This document shows positions 26,657-36,578 of a stretch of 56,495 nucleotides of DNA, piece after piece (position 1 is the stretch's first letter; every line of letters begins with the position of its first letter). The position numbers and the translations under genes were made by a program. Source of the stretch: a virus (lineage: Duplodnaviria > Caudoviricetes); the IMG/VR virus record IMGVR_UViG_3300021962_000129, positions 1-56,495 of that record. The stretch is one strand, 5' to 3'. The notes under the pieces are model-generated. The model saw only the letters and a program-made list of their open reading frames with translations, did not search any database and was not told the DNA's origin.

Positions 26657-29600
26657 TTATAAATACCTATTTAAATCAAAAACATTTATTGAAGCTAACC
26701 CTGCACTAATATTTCTATTTTGAGTAACTCCCGCACCTTCTCCAAAGAATCCCGGCCAAGGTGAAGTTGTCCTATTATGTGAAGCTATTGACACAAGCCT
26801 TGCTAATCCAGATTTACCAGTAGAACAATGTTTAGCATTTGCAAAAATGTTAGCAGCAGATTCATCTAATGTAACTCTTATGAAATTAGGAGAATGAATC
26901 ATTGCTGATCCATAATAGAATCCCGATAAACTTTTTGTTGAAGTGTTTATCAAACTTTTATGGAAAGAACTAGCCGAACTAACCGCTGATGCTGAAAATG
27001 GCGGTTGGTATCCTTGAGCGTAAATTTGAAACAGCCAATCTACATCATAATAACTAGCTGTTGTTCCGGTTACTACTCCACTTACCAAATTTAAGTACTG
27101 ACTTGCAGGGTTTACCGAGAAGTAAAGTCTGAAGGGACCTTTATTTTGATAGGATGAAGTAAACAAGTAGGATTGTATTTGCCCAGAAGGGCCAGAACCA
27201 AAGTAATCTAAAATGGATAAACTACTTGTATCAGGCGTAGTTGTTGGAGCACCAGATAACCTAGTTCCAGAAAGTAACCACTCATTGGTAAGTGCAGATA
27301 ACCAAACTGCAGGTGGTCCATTGTAAGATACATCTTCAGGAAACATACTACTTACAGAACAGTAAGCTGCATTTAATTGAGAGTTGTCAGCTATATTCCA
27401 TATAAATAATTTTGTGCAATTACTGGCTCCGATATTAGAATTAAATATTAAAGCAGATGGATTCCACCATCCACAAGGGAAATTAACTCCACGAACATTT
27501 ACAACACTATTATTGTGAGCTTTAACACACATACCACCTTGAGTTATGTTAGTGTATTGCTCTGCGCCAGTGACTGAAACTCTATCAAATAAATAACTAC
27601 TAGCCGTGAAGTTTTCAGCCGAATCAAAATTTATACTTGTTACGGCATAATTAGAATAATTTCCATCAATAGCAAATGGATTTGGGTAAAATTGAAGGAA
27701 CCCACCTTGTGTAAATGGTCCAAGATAAGGTTGAACTCCACTTAAATCTAAATCATTGTTTACTAAATAATTTGCACCATTTGCGCTATTAGGCCACTCT
27801 GTTAAATAATTTCCTAAATTAGTTAAATTAATTATTGAGTTTTTATCAGCGACAAGACAAGCTCTAGTTGAATGTAGTTCAACCATAGTGTGATTTGAAT
27901 TTGAACTTAATTCAAATTCTGCAATTTCAAATTTATTGTTATCATTTCTATGTGGAGTTATATTTAATACAGAGTTATTTTCTACTAAAGAATCTATAGA
28001 AAACTGAGCTATTACACTAGGTCCTTGAATATTTAACTCAGAATTATTGTCTGCTTGTAATCCAACTGATACACGTTGTTTATCTTTATTTGTGGGACCT
28101 ACAATTCTGGTTGCATACTGATTGCTACCCTTAAAAGTTATTACAGAGTTGTTTTTAGCGAAAGCGGCGAGACCTTCTTTTAGCTCAAAATAAAATCCGC
28201 TATTTTTAACAAAATCATTAGTTCTTCTTATAAATGGATGCACCAATAAACATTTTGAAGAATTAAAAGATTGTATAGAAGGTAAGGATATTCCAGTATT
28301 GTTCCCTGTTTTACTTATACCATGAGAATTTTCTAAAGTATGTTTTCCAATTTTTATTGGCATGTTATTAACAATTTCGCATTCATAAGAAGATTTATCT
28401 AAATCTAAATGAATACCATTACCAGATAAATAAAATTGTATTGGATTATTTACTTTTATGAAATTTTTATTATAAACAAATTTTGAATTATTTAAATCTA
28501 TTCCGACTTTTTGATTATTTCTTATCAAATGTCTGTCAGTTTTTATCAAAGAGTTATTAGCTAATAATCCAGTATCATTGCCTTCTAAAGTTAACCTACC
28601 GTCCCAATCTAATACAGAATTATTCATTTTAATTCCAGCAAACATATTCATGTCTGAAATTAATTGAGTTGGTGTATTTTGAACGGAGTTACCATGGAAT
28701 CCTATGACTCCACCTCTTAATTTAGAATTTTCCAAAACTATACCGTTTGCGTTTCTGGAAAAATTAATAGGATAATTTAAACCATAAGCTAAATTATTAG
28801 GACTATTAATTACTGCGCTATAGTTAGAATCTGCTAATGCTAATGAGTACTCAAATGCACTTGTTGAACTAAAATAAATATCGGAATTGACAGCAAATAA
28901 ACCAGCACCTAAATCATCCTCGTAAGTACTAGAAAGATTTGTAACTGTTCTAGGTGAATTGTAATTTCTATAAGCTGCAACACCTCTTGTTAATATTACA
29001 TTAGAGTTATTAAAATAGAAACCAGCTTTTCTGTTTCTGACACTTATACAATTTTCTAAATAAACATTCTCAGAATTATTTACCGTAATTCCATATGAAT
29101 TATTTACAAACGGCCCTCTACCATCTACAAAGAAATTTCTAATGTAAATTGGACCGTCACAATTAGTAATATTTATTTTAGAAACTCTATTACCCATGAA
29201 AAGACCTACAAATGGGTAAAAAGAGGGAGAAAGTATATTCTGAGATAATCCAAGTTTAAATTGTAATCTTGAATTATCAACTTCGTTATATGAACTTATA
29301 TCATAAGTAAATATATTTTCTGTCGAAGTAGCTTCGGCTGTTGATTCATAAAATGCTAATTCAAAAACATCATCACCATAACCTACTGCTGCTGTACTAC
29401 TGATTGCATATGTTGGAGGGTTATACCCACCATCAGAAGCTAGCATAGCTAAACCGTTTAATTGTAAACCTAAAGATGATAAATCGTTATAACTTGTGAA
29501 TATTTTTTGATTTAAAAATTCAGACTTTGTATCAAAGAAATGTTTTCGTCCACCTAATAGAGGAGTTCCTGATAAGTAACCTAATAAATCATAATTTGAC

Positions 29601-30103
29601 CCGGCAGCTAAAATAGAAACTTTTGTTTGAGTTGCAATGGTTCCGCCTGATTGCATTTGTGACGGTTCATTTTTTGCAAAAACCTTATTTACAATTTCTA
29701 ATGAACCCTTATAATGTCCATTTTTATTACATTTAATATTATTTAAATTAATTTCACCAAGGTCACCTTTGTTGCAAACTTCAATAATTACTGGATAATT
29801 TAGGACCTCTGGTAACGCTGCTATCGCTGCACTAACAGTTTCATAAATGTAAGGATTACAGGCGTATAATGACGGACTGGCTCCAGCAGATACGACCATG
29901 GCTATTCCGGGAATACTTGATGTAGGGTGCCCTAGTTTTTCCCAAAGATAATAAGTCCTTTCTTCTAAATCGTACAATGGCAAATTATCTTGTTCCCAAT
30001 TATAAAATGAACTTGTATCAAACTTTGTAACTTTATCAGTCCAACAATTGAAAAGTTTTACTGATCCACTAGCAGTGTAAAAATCGTTTTGAAGAAATAC
30101 CAT
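26657..30103 (-). CDS. Putative tailspike with right-handed parallel beta-helix
   Basis: TVSAAIAALP start motif and repeated G-I/F-x-x-x-N-S rungs; shares the N-terminal anchor with the neighbouring gene. Confidence 0.7.
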   Translation of the reverse strand: MVFLQNDFYTASGSVKLFNCWTDKVTKFDTSSFYNWEQDNLPLYDLEERTYYLWEKLGHPTSSIPGIAMVVSAGASPSLYACNPYIYETVSAAIAALPEVLNYPVIIEVCNKGDLGEINLNNIKCNKNGHYKGSLEIVNKVFAKNEPSQMQSGGTIATQTKVSILAAGSNYDLLGYLSGTPLLGGRKHFFDTKSEFLNQKIFTSYNDLSSLGLQLNGLAMLASDGGYNPPTYAISSTAAVGYGDDVFELAFYESTAEATSTENIFTYDISSYNEVDNSRLQFKLGLSQNILSPSFYPFVGLFMGNRVSKINITNCDGPIYIRNFFVDGRGPFVNNSYGITVNNSENVYLENCISVRNRKAGFYFNNSNVILTRGVAAYRNYNSPRTVTNLSSTYEDDLGAGLFAVNSDIYFSSTSAFEYSLALADSNYSAVINSPNNLAYGLNYPINFSRNANGIVLENSKLRGGVIGFHGNSVQNTPTQLISDMNMFAGIKMNNSVLDWDGRLTLEGNDTGLLANNSLIKTDRHLIRNNQKVGIDLNNSKFVYNKNFIKVNNPIQFYLSGNGIHLDLDKSSYECEIVNNMPIKIGKHTLENSHGISKTGNNTGISLPSIQSFNSSKCLLVHPFIRRTNDFVKNSGFYFELKEGLAAFAKNNSVITFKGSNQYATRIVGPTNKDKQRVSVGLQADNNSELNIQGPSVIAQFSIDSLVENNSVLNITPHRNDNNKFEIAEFELSSNSNHTMVELHSTRACLVADKNSIINLTNLGNYLTEWPNSANGANYLVNNDLDLSGVQPYLGPFTQGGFLQFYPNPFAIDGNYSNYAVTSINFDSAENFTASSYLFDRVSVTGAEQYTNITQGGMCVKAHNNSVVNVRGVNFPCGWWNPSALIFNSNIGASNCTKLFIWNIADNSQLNAAYCSVSSMFPEDVSYNGPPAVWLSALTNEWLLSGTRLSGAPTTTPDTSSLSILDYFGSGPSGQIQSYLFTSSYQNKGPFRLYFSVNPASQYLNLVSGVVTGTTASYYDVDWLFQIYAQGYQPPFSASAVSSASSFHKSLINTSTKSLSGFYYGSAMIHSPNFIRVTLDESAANIFANAKHCSTGKSGLARLVSIASHNRTTSPWPGFFGEGAGVTQNRNISAGLASINVFDLNRYL

Positions 30104-30112
30104 GGGTTACCT

Positions 30113-30712
30113 TTAAAAATTAATTGTCCATCTAAAAACTAAAGCAAAGTCAGAGCTTTTTCTAATTGAAGAAAAATACTTATAAGCAACTAAAATAGGA
30201 GCGGGTATTGGATTTAATCCTAGAGGATTTCTCATAAACAATCCAATCTCATTAACGTAAGTGTTATCGTTTCTTAAGTTATTACAAGACTCCTTATCAA
30301 CAACTAAAGTATACCTAACTGAATTATCATCTATTCTGGTAATATTATGTGCGGGTATCGCAGCATACCATGTAGGTGTACCTACAAAAGAACCTTTAAA
30401 TTGATGTGCCGATAGGACAAATAACTCACCATCAGTTCCTACATATTCTTCTAAGCTAGATAATGCTCCAGACAGTGAGTTGGTTGAGCTAACCTCTAAG
30501 GCAGATCCACCAGATACACCTATTTGAAATCTATCTATTTGATAATCAAGTATAGTAGTTGATCCAGATAATCCAAACAAGCAGGCTAAACCAACACCCA
30601 TGCCTGATACAATGGTGTTATGATCATCATAAACAAGCTCTTCATGACCATCGTCGTAAAGCTTATGAACTGTTACATGACCATTAATATTTAAGTAATC
30701 AAAAATATTCAT
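30113..30712 (-). CDS. Baseplate / fibre-attachment protein
   Basis: HNTIV.G, IG..G, NEIGLF and F..IRK......FRWTINF, a pattern common in myophage baseplate proteins. Confidence 0.65.
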   Translation of the reverse strand: MNIFDYLNINGHVTVHKLYDDGHEELVYDDHNTIVSGMGVGLACLFGLSGSTTILDYQIDRFQIGVSGGSALEVSSTNSLSGALSSLEEYVGTDGELFVLSAHQFKGSFVGTPTWYAAIPAHNITRIDDNSVRYTLVVDKESCNNLRNDNTYVNEIGLFMRNPLGLNPIPAPILVAYKYFSSIRKSSDFALVFRWTINF

Positions 30713-31678
30713 TTATAAAAACCTTATTGTCCATTGATATGCGATGTAAGGGGCAGCCAACCCTTCTAGTAATACTTTAAAAGCCGATGCTCCGAAGGCA
30801 TCGTTTAAATACAAAAGATCTCTTGAAAAAGTCTTTTTAGCAAATAAACGATATTTTCTAATATTATTTAGTGGATTAAATGCAAAAGGTGGTTTATGAC
30901 CTTCTTTTAACATTTGTTTTATGTCTAGACACCATAACCCAAAATGATATACTCCACCATATAATAATAGAGTTGCGGCATCATGAGCAGACAATTGCCA
31001 AACTAAATCAATGTTTCCCGTGGAACTAAATGTAGGAGATAGATTTATGAGCACTCCACTAGTAAATTCTAGTGTCGCTGTCTTAGCTCTTCCCTGATTT
31101 CCATTAAGGGGCGCAAATGTTAAAAATCCAGAAGAATCCATTATTCCGTATTTATTATAAGCACCTGATAAAGTTCCAGAATAAAGGATGTTCCCTAAAC
31201 TTCCAGAAACATGATCTGCTGATAAAACATAATAATTAATCCCACCTGAAGGAGCGAAACACCCTAAAGTTTGATAAACTGAAGAATATGAAGACAGCAG
31301 GACATGATTAGCACAATGTCCTACATCCAACCCAGAAAATAAAGAGCTAAAAACAGTTCTACAATTATTTTGTTCTAATCTAGTATTTAAAGGATCGGGA
31401 TATTCTGGTAAAATATTATATCTTAGTATTGCACTCCCTATGGCTGACGAATGATAAGAAGACACAGACTCATAACTTCTTACGATGATAGCTGAATAAT
31501 TAGAATCATATACTGCATGAGCATGTTTATTAAATCCACTTACGTCCTTACCATAAGATATTGCTTGAAAGCTAAAATTAGATGTATCTAAAATAGCTGA
31601 GGCAGAAGGTATCTTCGATAAGCTCGGAGATAACGTCAGCATATCAACAATTACTTGTCCAGCGGTATCTACTATCAT
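30713..31678 (-). CDS. Baseplate protein, probable paralog of 30113-30712
   Basis: MIVD.AG start, HFGLW, LFAKKTF and QWTIRF end. Confidence 0.55.
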   Translation of the reverse strand: MIVDTAGQVIVDMLTLSPSLSKIPSASAILDTSNFSFQAISYGKDVSGFNKHAHAVYDSNYSAIIVRSYESVSSYHSSAIGSAILRYNILPEYPDPLNTRLEQNNCRTVFSSLFSGLDVGHCANHVLLSSYSSVYQTLGCFAPSGGINYYVLSADHVSGSLGNILYSGTLSGAYNKYGIMDSSGFLTFAPLNGNQGRAKTATLEFTSGVLINLSPTFSSTGNIDLVWQLSAHDAATLLLYGGVYHFGLWCLDIKQMLKEGHKPPFAFNPLNNIRKYRLFAKKTFSRDLLYLNDAFGASAFKVLLEGLAAPYIAYQWTIRFL

Positions 31679-31679
31679 T

Positions 31680-34600
31680 TTAATTATTCATGTAAATTGA
31701 TGTAATAAGTTGGGTTTCCGCACTATATTTAGCATTACTTAACCAATTTGGATCTAATCTATAATTTAATCTACTACCACCACTTACTTCAAGTGCTTCT
31801 TGAGTTACCGAGGCTACTCTACTAGCTTTCCCAAACTTAGACATGCTTCCAGTAATCTCTCTAAAGTATTTAAATATATGATAGATATGTTCTCTAGTAA
31901 GATCTACTCTATATTCCTTACAATATAAATCTCCCACTGGAAGATAATTTATTGAAGAAACTAATACTTTACTCCACTTATTTAAAGTTAAGTCTACAAG
32001 ATTAATTTTATCTAAGTAGAACGACCTATCTTGATTTGGATAAGGGAATATATCAATTATGTAATTTTGATTTTCCCTATGTACTTCACTATTTGTATCG
32101 AAATAATGTTTAGGAACAAATATAGGTCTGTTGTTAGTATTAAAAGTTAATTCACATAAAGTAAAGTCAGAAGCATTTAAATTATATAAATTTGAATACT
32201 CAATACACCCGTCAAATTGAGATGATAAAGTATACTCTCTGGGAGTTAACTCTATTTTATGAGCAAAGTCTTGTTTAACTGTATCAAAATTAATCGATGA
32301 GATTGGCGTATAAGTCCAAACTTTGTCTTTGCCGTAAATCCAAGTCCATCCGTTTTCATTAGCTGTGTGAATAAATATTCCAACAGAACCGTTTCCAAAT
32401 TTCTTAAAATCATCAGAAGCAAACAAACACAAGAAGTCTAGTTTGAATTCATGATTTGGTAAAAGAAGATTTGTAGAGATTGGGTGTCCATCTGACTGAA
32501 GATGATTGTAAGACTTTACATCAAATCTTAATCTTGGTAATCCAGACCTAGCTCTTGAAGTAATTTCAATAATGTTATTATTAATTACAAACGAATAATC
32601 TCTATCACCATAAGTTTTATAAGGTTGCTTACCTAAATTATATATTGTAAATTTATTTTCAGTATTAGATCCTAATGTATGAATTAAATCTATACCTTGT
32701 AATATACCTGAGTTAGCTATTTCAGTGGATCCAAATTTAAACGTAGATGTTTCTAATACTCTAGATCCATTTGTCCCTCCTGCCGATGGGAAGAACGGCT
32801 CACCAGCGTAAATGGAACTTACTGAAGATATAGAACTTACAACTAAGTTTGGATGAGCGGTAACGATACTTCCAAATTTTGTAAAATCAGAATTAACTAG
32901 AATTGATCCGAAAGTATGACCAAAAATATTTGGCCCGTTTAAAAATAAATTATTTTTTAATAATGAATGTCTTTTGAAAGTTCTGCAATAAACATTATAA
33001 AGTTTATGTAATTCTTTTCCAAATTTAAAATTCTTGTAGTCTGAATAATTACTTGGGAATCCAGTATCTTGTTCAGTTAAACTATTAGCTATTGATTGAA
33101 TTACATTCTTCCAAGGTAATTCATTAATATAAGAATTTAAATTTTGTTCAACTATAGCTGAAGCTAGAACATTCTTAGAGGTTTCGCCAATATAAAACAT
33201 CACTTGCATGATGTTATCTAATTGACCTCTATCAACTGCATAACCGTAAGAATTTTGTTCTAACCTATTCTCCGCTAATTTAGATTCAAAAAATAAATCT
33301 GCTATATCAGAACCCATAACAAGGTTTGATGATCCATCATAGTGAACTAAATTATCATATATGTTTAAATTGGGAGTTGGGTCGTATAAATATAAATTAC
33401 TGTTTTGATTTTGTAAAGAACTTAAATAATATCTAATAGTAGGTATGTAGTATTCCCAAGCAAAGGCTGGGGAATTTGCACTATACCTTGTATCAGGTAA
33501 AGACATTATCCAAATTGGTTGCTCCCTATAAATATTTAAATAATTAGATTTAACATAAGATTCTAAATTACTTTTTATATTTTGTATAGAGTTAACATAA
33601 CGAATAGTAAATTCTTCATATGTTTCGTCTAAAAATTTAGATGCAGCAAAATTAGTTCCTAAAAAGCTTACTGCTCCTCTATAAACTAATCTATTACCAT
33701 AAAGATTTTTTAGATAATTTACAGCACTAGTAATCCAATCTTTGTATATTGTTAAACATTCTCCAGTGTTTGCAACATCCCAATCATTAATAGTATTATC
33801 ATTTCCTAATATAGGAGATAGCCCTGCTACTAGGTTTGTATCTGAGTCGGGCGCAGATAGTCCAAAAGAATTAGGTAAAGAGAAATAAACTATGTAAGAG
33901 TTTCTATCATATTTTTTATAAAGCTCATAACCAAAAGTCCAATGTGGTCCTATTGCAGAAGCTATACCTGTTACTTGTAATATACCCGAGTTCTTACCCG
34001 GTTGTAGTAACTGAAAATTTGATGAACTAGGTATAAATAAATAAGTACCACTAACGTTATTTTTTATTTCTGTATACAAGGTGTCCATAGCGGACAAAGT
34101 ATTCTCTACTCCACCAGCCAAACTATCTCCAAACCAAAAATAAATGTCTATAGGATCTATTACTGAGGCTGGACCTCTACATGGAAAAGTATTACTTACA
34201 GCTAAACCAGAGTAAATAGAACTAGAATTTAATCCTTCACAGCCGTTATAAATCGGTGGAATCCTATCGTAATCTGGAATATTTACATACTGTTGAGAGG
34301 AAGGTATTAAACCTAGTGGTAAAAACCCTAATGAAGATAATGAATTTTCTCTTACATAACTCTCAAAAGTTGTAGGCATGTTAAATCCGGTTCTGCTGTA
34401 GTAACCGAAATTAGACATGGTTGATTTAAAGTTTCTTCTTCTAAAACTTTTTCTAGGAGCAGCAATTAAACCTGATAACATTAGTGAATCCACTACGCTA
34501 TCAACTGAAGTTCTGCTAGCTACATTGAAGGGTAATGATCTGCCTCTCTTGTAAAAATTCAAATCATGACCAGAGACTTCTGTGTTCCCAAAACAAAAAT

Positions 34601-36578
34601 TATCTGAATTGTTTAGTTCTGGATGTTCCTTAATATCCACCCAGTATAAATTTAAAGCATCATCTCTCGATACAAAATTATCAATAGATGACGTTCTAAT
34701 CATTAATTGATTTATTGCATGAATGGGTGTAAAGTCATCTAAGAGTTTTCCTAGAGTCCTCATTCCTTCTCTAGTGTTAAAAGTAAACTCTGTGTCTTTA
34801 AAATCAAACTCATCAATATCAAAAAGAAGTTTGAAGTGAGAAGATTTACCATTCCATAAAGACAAATACTCTGTCTTTTTATTTGAAATATCTAATATTA
34901 AAGAGTCCCAATTAGGTGGATACTGAACACCAGAAGTAAATATTAACCAACTATAACCTAATGAGACATCGTCATTTGATTTAATTGAATTAATTAATAT
35001 ATAATTTCCAACTTGATTTGCAAAAGTTCTTGGAACTCCGAAACAAATTAATTGATCAATTATAAAATCAACAATATTTGACGACAATTTTTGGTATATG
35101 TAAAATTGATATTCTTCAAAAGGTGGTACTAAGAAATCTCTCCCTCTATATTTGAATAATCTTTCTGAATTTATTGAGGCTTGTGTTCCGTTATACCAAA
35201 ACTTTAAATCAAACGTTTCTGCTATTCTTAAAATTATTTCATCAACAGCACAACGAACGGACTCGTCTAAACTAGAAGCTATATAAGTAACATTAAATTC
35301 TCTAGCTTTAGATTCTGTCCAAGTATCGAAATCTTTAAATAAACTTGATTCAGTTGCTAAAGAATAATAAATTAAATGAGGCACATAAGATTCCCACATT
35401 TCAACTATTGAAGTTGAAACATCTAAAGAATCTTTTGTGAATAAAGAATTTAAAACAAATTGAAGAGACTTTTTTGTTCCCGCTGCTTTATAAACAGATA
35501 CTGCATTTAATAGTTGAATTCTCCATTTCAAAGGATCTGAACCAAACAAAGACCATCCTAAAAGATCAGCCAAATAAGGGAGATACTCATCAGGACAATT
35601 TAAAGGATCATTTAATGTTTCTAATAATTGAACTGAATTTGAATAATCTGCGAATGCGTAGGATATCCCTTTAAGATACCTGTGAAAGGGTCCTTGAGGT
35701 TCTCTTCCATCTTGATAAGTTCCTAACGTTTGAAACTCTTCAAAAGATTCTTTAACTTTAGTATCAGATCTATCAGAATAATCTGGGGAATATACTATAT
35801 CTACAAGAGTTTTTAACTTATCTAATTGTTGTAATCCACTGGTGTAGGTTGTGTCTGGTAAATTTAAATCTGGTAAATAATCTGTTGGTATAAACCCTAA
35901 AGGAAACCAAGTAGTTCTGTTTATAGAAAAGTTTCTAAATACATACTCAGTCAAACATTTAATTGCATCATTTAAAACAAACTTCTTATTAAACCAAAAT
36001 CTTTCAGTCAGAACATCAGCCAAAATTGTATAACCGTGATAACTAGCTCCAGAAACATTTAGTAAATAAATCCAAGATAAATTTGTTAAAAGATATTCAT
36101 GTAATGAACTAGAATTAACTCCTATAAAATTAGCTGTTGGGTTATTTAATCTTATTGAAGGTAATAATGTTGAAGATAAATAGTCTTTAAATTGAGAACT
36201 TGTGTCAAAATCTGAAAAAGTTTTTCCAACTCTATATAAAATTTTTCTTTCAAATTCTAAATTATCATAATCAGTTAGTTTGTTTTCTGATATAAAAAAC
36301 TTACTTAAACCATCAATAGAACTTATAGAAGACAACAAATTGTTTGATGATACTGGAGTTACTCCATTTATTCCACTTAGTATTACATCAGAATAATGGT
36401 TAGCTATATTAATGTGGGTATTTATTAATTCATCAACAATATTTAACTGTGTACCACTTGCGGCTAAATCTTCGTCAATATAAAATTTAGGAGTTATAAT
36501 CTCAGTAGCTTTAACATAATTTCTTTTGTAGAAATTTTTTGGAGCATCTACCGTTATTTTTCTGAATTTACTACTCAT
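31680..36578 (-). CDS. Large baseplate wedge protein (P2 gpI / T4 gp7-like domain) with internal SGNH-like domain
   Basis: DPLNCPDEYLPYLADLLGW...YKAAGTKKSL; internal FGDSLAGG...GP...LGTN...VHY. Confidence 0.75.
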   Translation of the reverse strand: MSSKFRKITVDAPKNFYKRNYVKATEIITPKFYIDEDLAASGTQLNIVDELINTHINIANHYSDVILSGINGVTPVSSNNLLSSISSIDGLSKFFISENKLTDYDNLEFERKILYRVGKTFSDFDTSSQFKDYLSSTLLPSIRLNNPTANFIGVNSSSLHEYLLTNLSWIYLLNVSGASYHGYTILADVLTERFWFNKKFVLNDAIKCLTEYVFRNFSINRTTWFPLGFIPTDYLPDLNLPDTTYTSGLQQLDKLKTLVDIVYSPDYSDRSDTKVKESFEEFQTLGTYQDGREPQGPFHRYLKGISYAFADYSNSVQLLETLNDPLNCPDEYLPYLADLLGWSLFGSDPLKWRIQLLNAVSVYKAAGTKKSLQFVLNSLFTKDSLDVSTSIVEMWESYVPHLIYYSLATESSLFKDFDTWTESKAREFNVTYIASSLDESVRCAVDEIILRIAETFDLKFWYNGTQASINSERLFKYRGRDFLVPPFEEYQFYIYQKLSSNIVDFIIDQLICFGVPRTFANQVGNYILINSIKSNDDVSLGYSWLIFTSGVQYPPNWDSLILDISNKKTEYLSLWNGKSSHFKLLFDIDEFDFKDTEFTFNTREGMRTLGKLLDDFTPIHAINQLMIRTSSIDNFVSRDDALNLYWVDIKEHPELNNSDNFCFGNTEVSGHDLNFYKRGRSLPFNVASRTSVDSVVDSLMLSGLIAAPRKSFRRRNFKSTMSNFGYYSRTGFNMPTTFESYVRENSLSSLGFLPLGLIPSSQQYVNIPDYDRIPPIYNGCEGLNSSSIYSGLAVSNTFPCRGPASVIDPIDIYFWFGDSLAGGVENTLSAMDTLYTEIKNNVSGTYLFIPSSSNFQLLQPGKNSGILQVTGIASAIGPHWTFGYELYKKYDRNSYIVYFSLPNSFGLSAPDSDTNLVAGLSPILGNDNTINDWDVANTGECLTIYKDWITSAVNYLKNLYGNRLVYRGAVSFLGTNFAASKFLDETYEEFTIRYVNSIQNIKSNLESYVKSNYLNIYREQPIWIMSLPDTRYSANSPAFAWEYYIPTIRYYLSSLQNQNSNLYLYDPTPNLNIYDNLVHYDGSSNLVMGSDIADLFFESKLAENRLEQNSYGYAVDRGQLDNIMQVMFYIGETSKNVLASAIVEQNLNSYINELPWKNVIQSIANSLTEQDTGFPSNYSDYKNFKFGKELHKLYNVYCRTFKRHSLLKNNLFLNGPNIFGHTFGSILVNSDFTKFGSIVTAHPNLVVSSISSVSSIYAGEPFFPSAGGTNGSRVLETSTFKFGSTEIANSGILQGIDLIHTLGSNTENKFTIYNLGKQPYKTYGDRDYSFVINNNIIEITSRARSGLPRLRFDVKSYNHLQSDGHPISTNLLLPNHEFKLDFLCLFASDDFKKFGNGSVGIFIHTANENGWTWIYGKDKVWTYTPISSINFDTVKQDFAHKIELTPREYTLSSQFDGCIEYSNLYNLNASDFTLCELTFNTNNRPIFVPKHYFDTNSEVHRENQNYIIDIFPYPNQDRSFYLDKINLVDLTLNKWSKVLVSSINYLPVGDLYCKEYRVDLTREHIYHIFKYFREITGSMSKFGKASRVASVTQEALEVSGGSRLNYRLDPNWLSNAKYSAETQLITSIYMNN

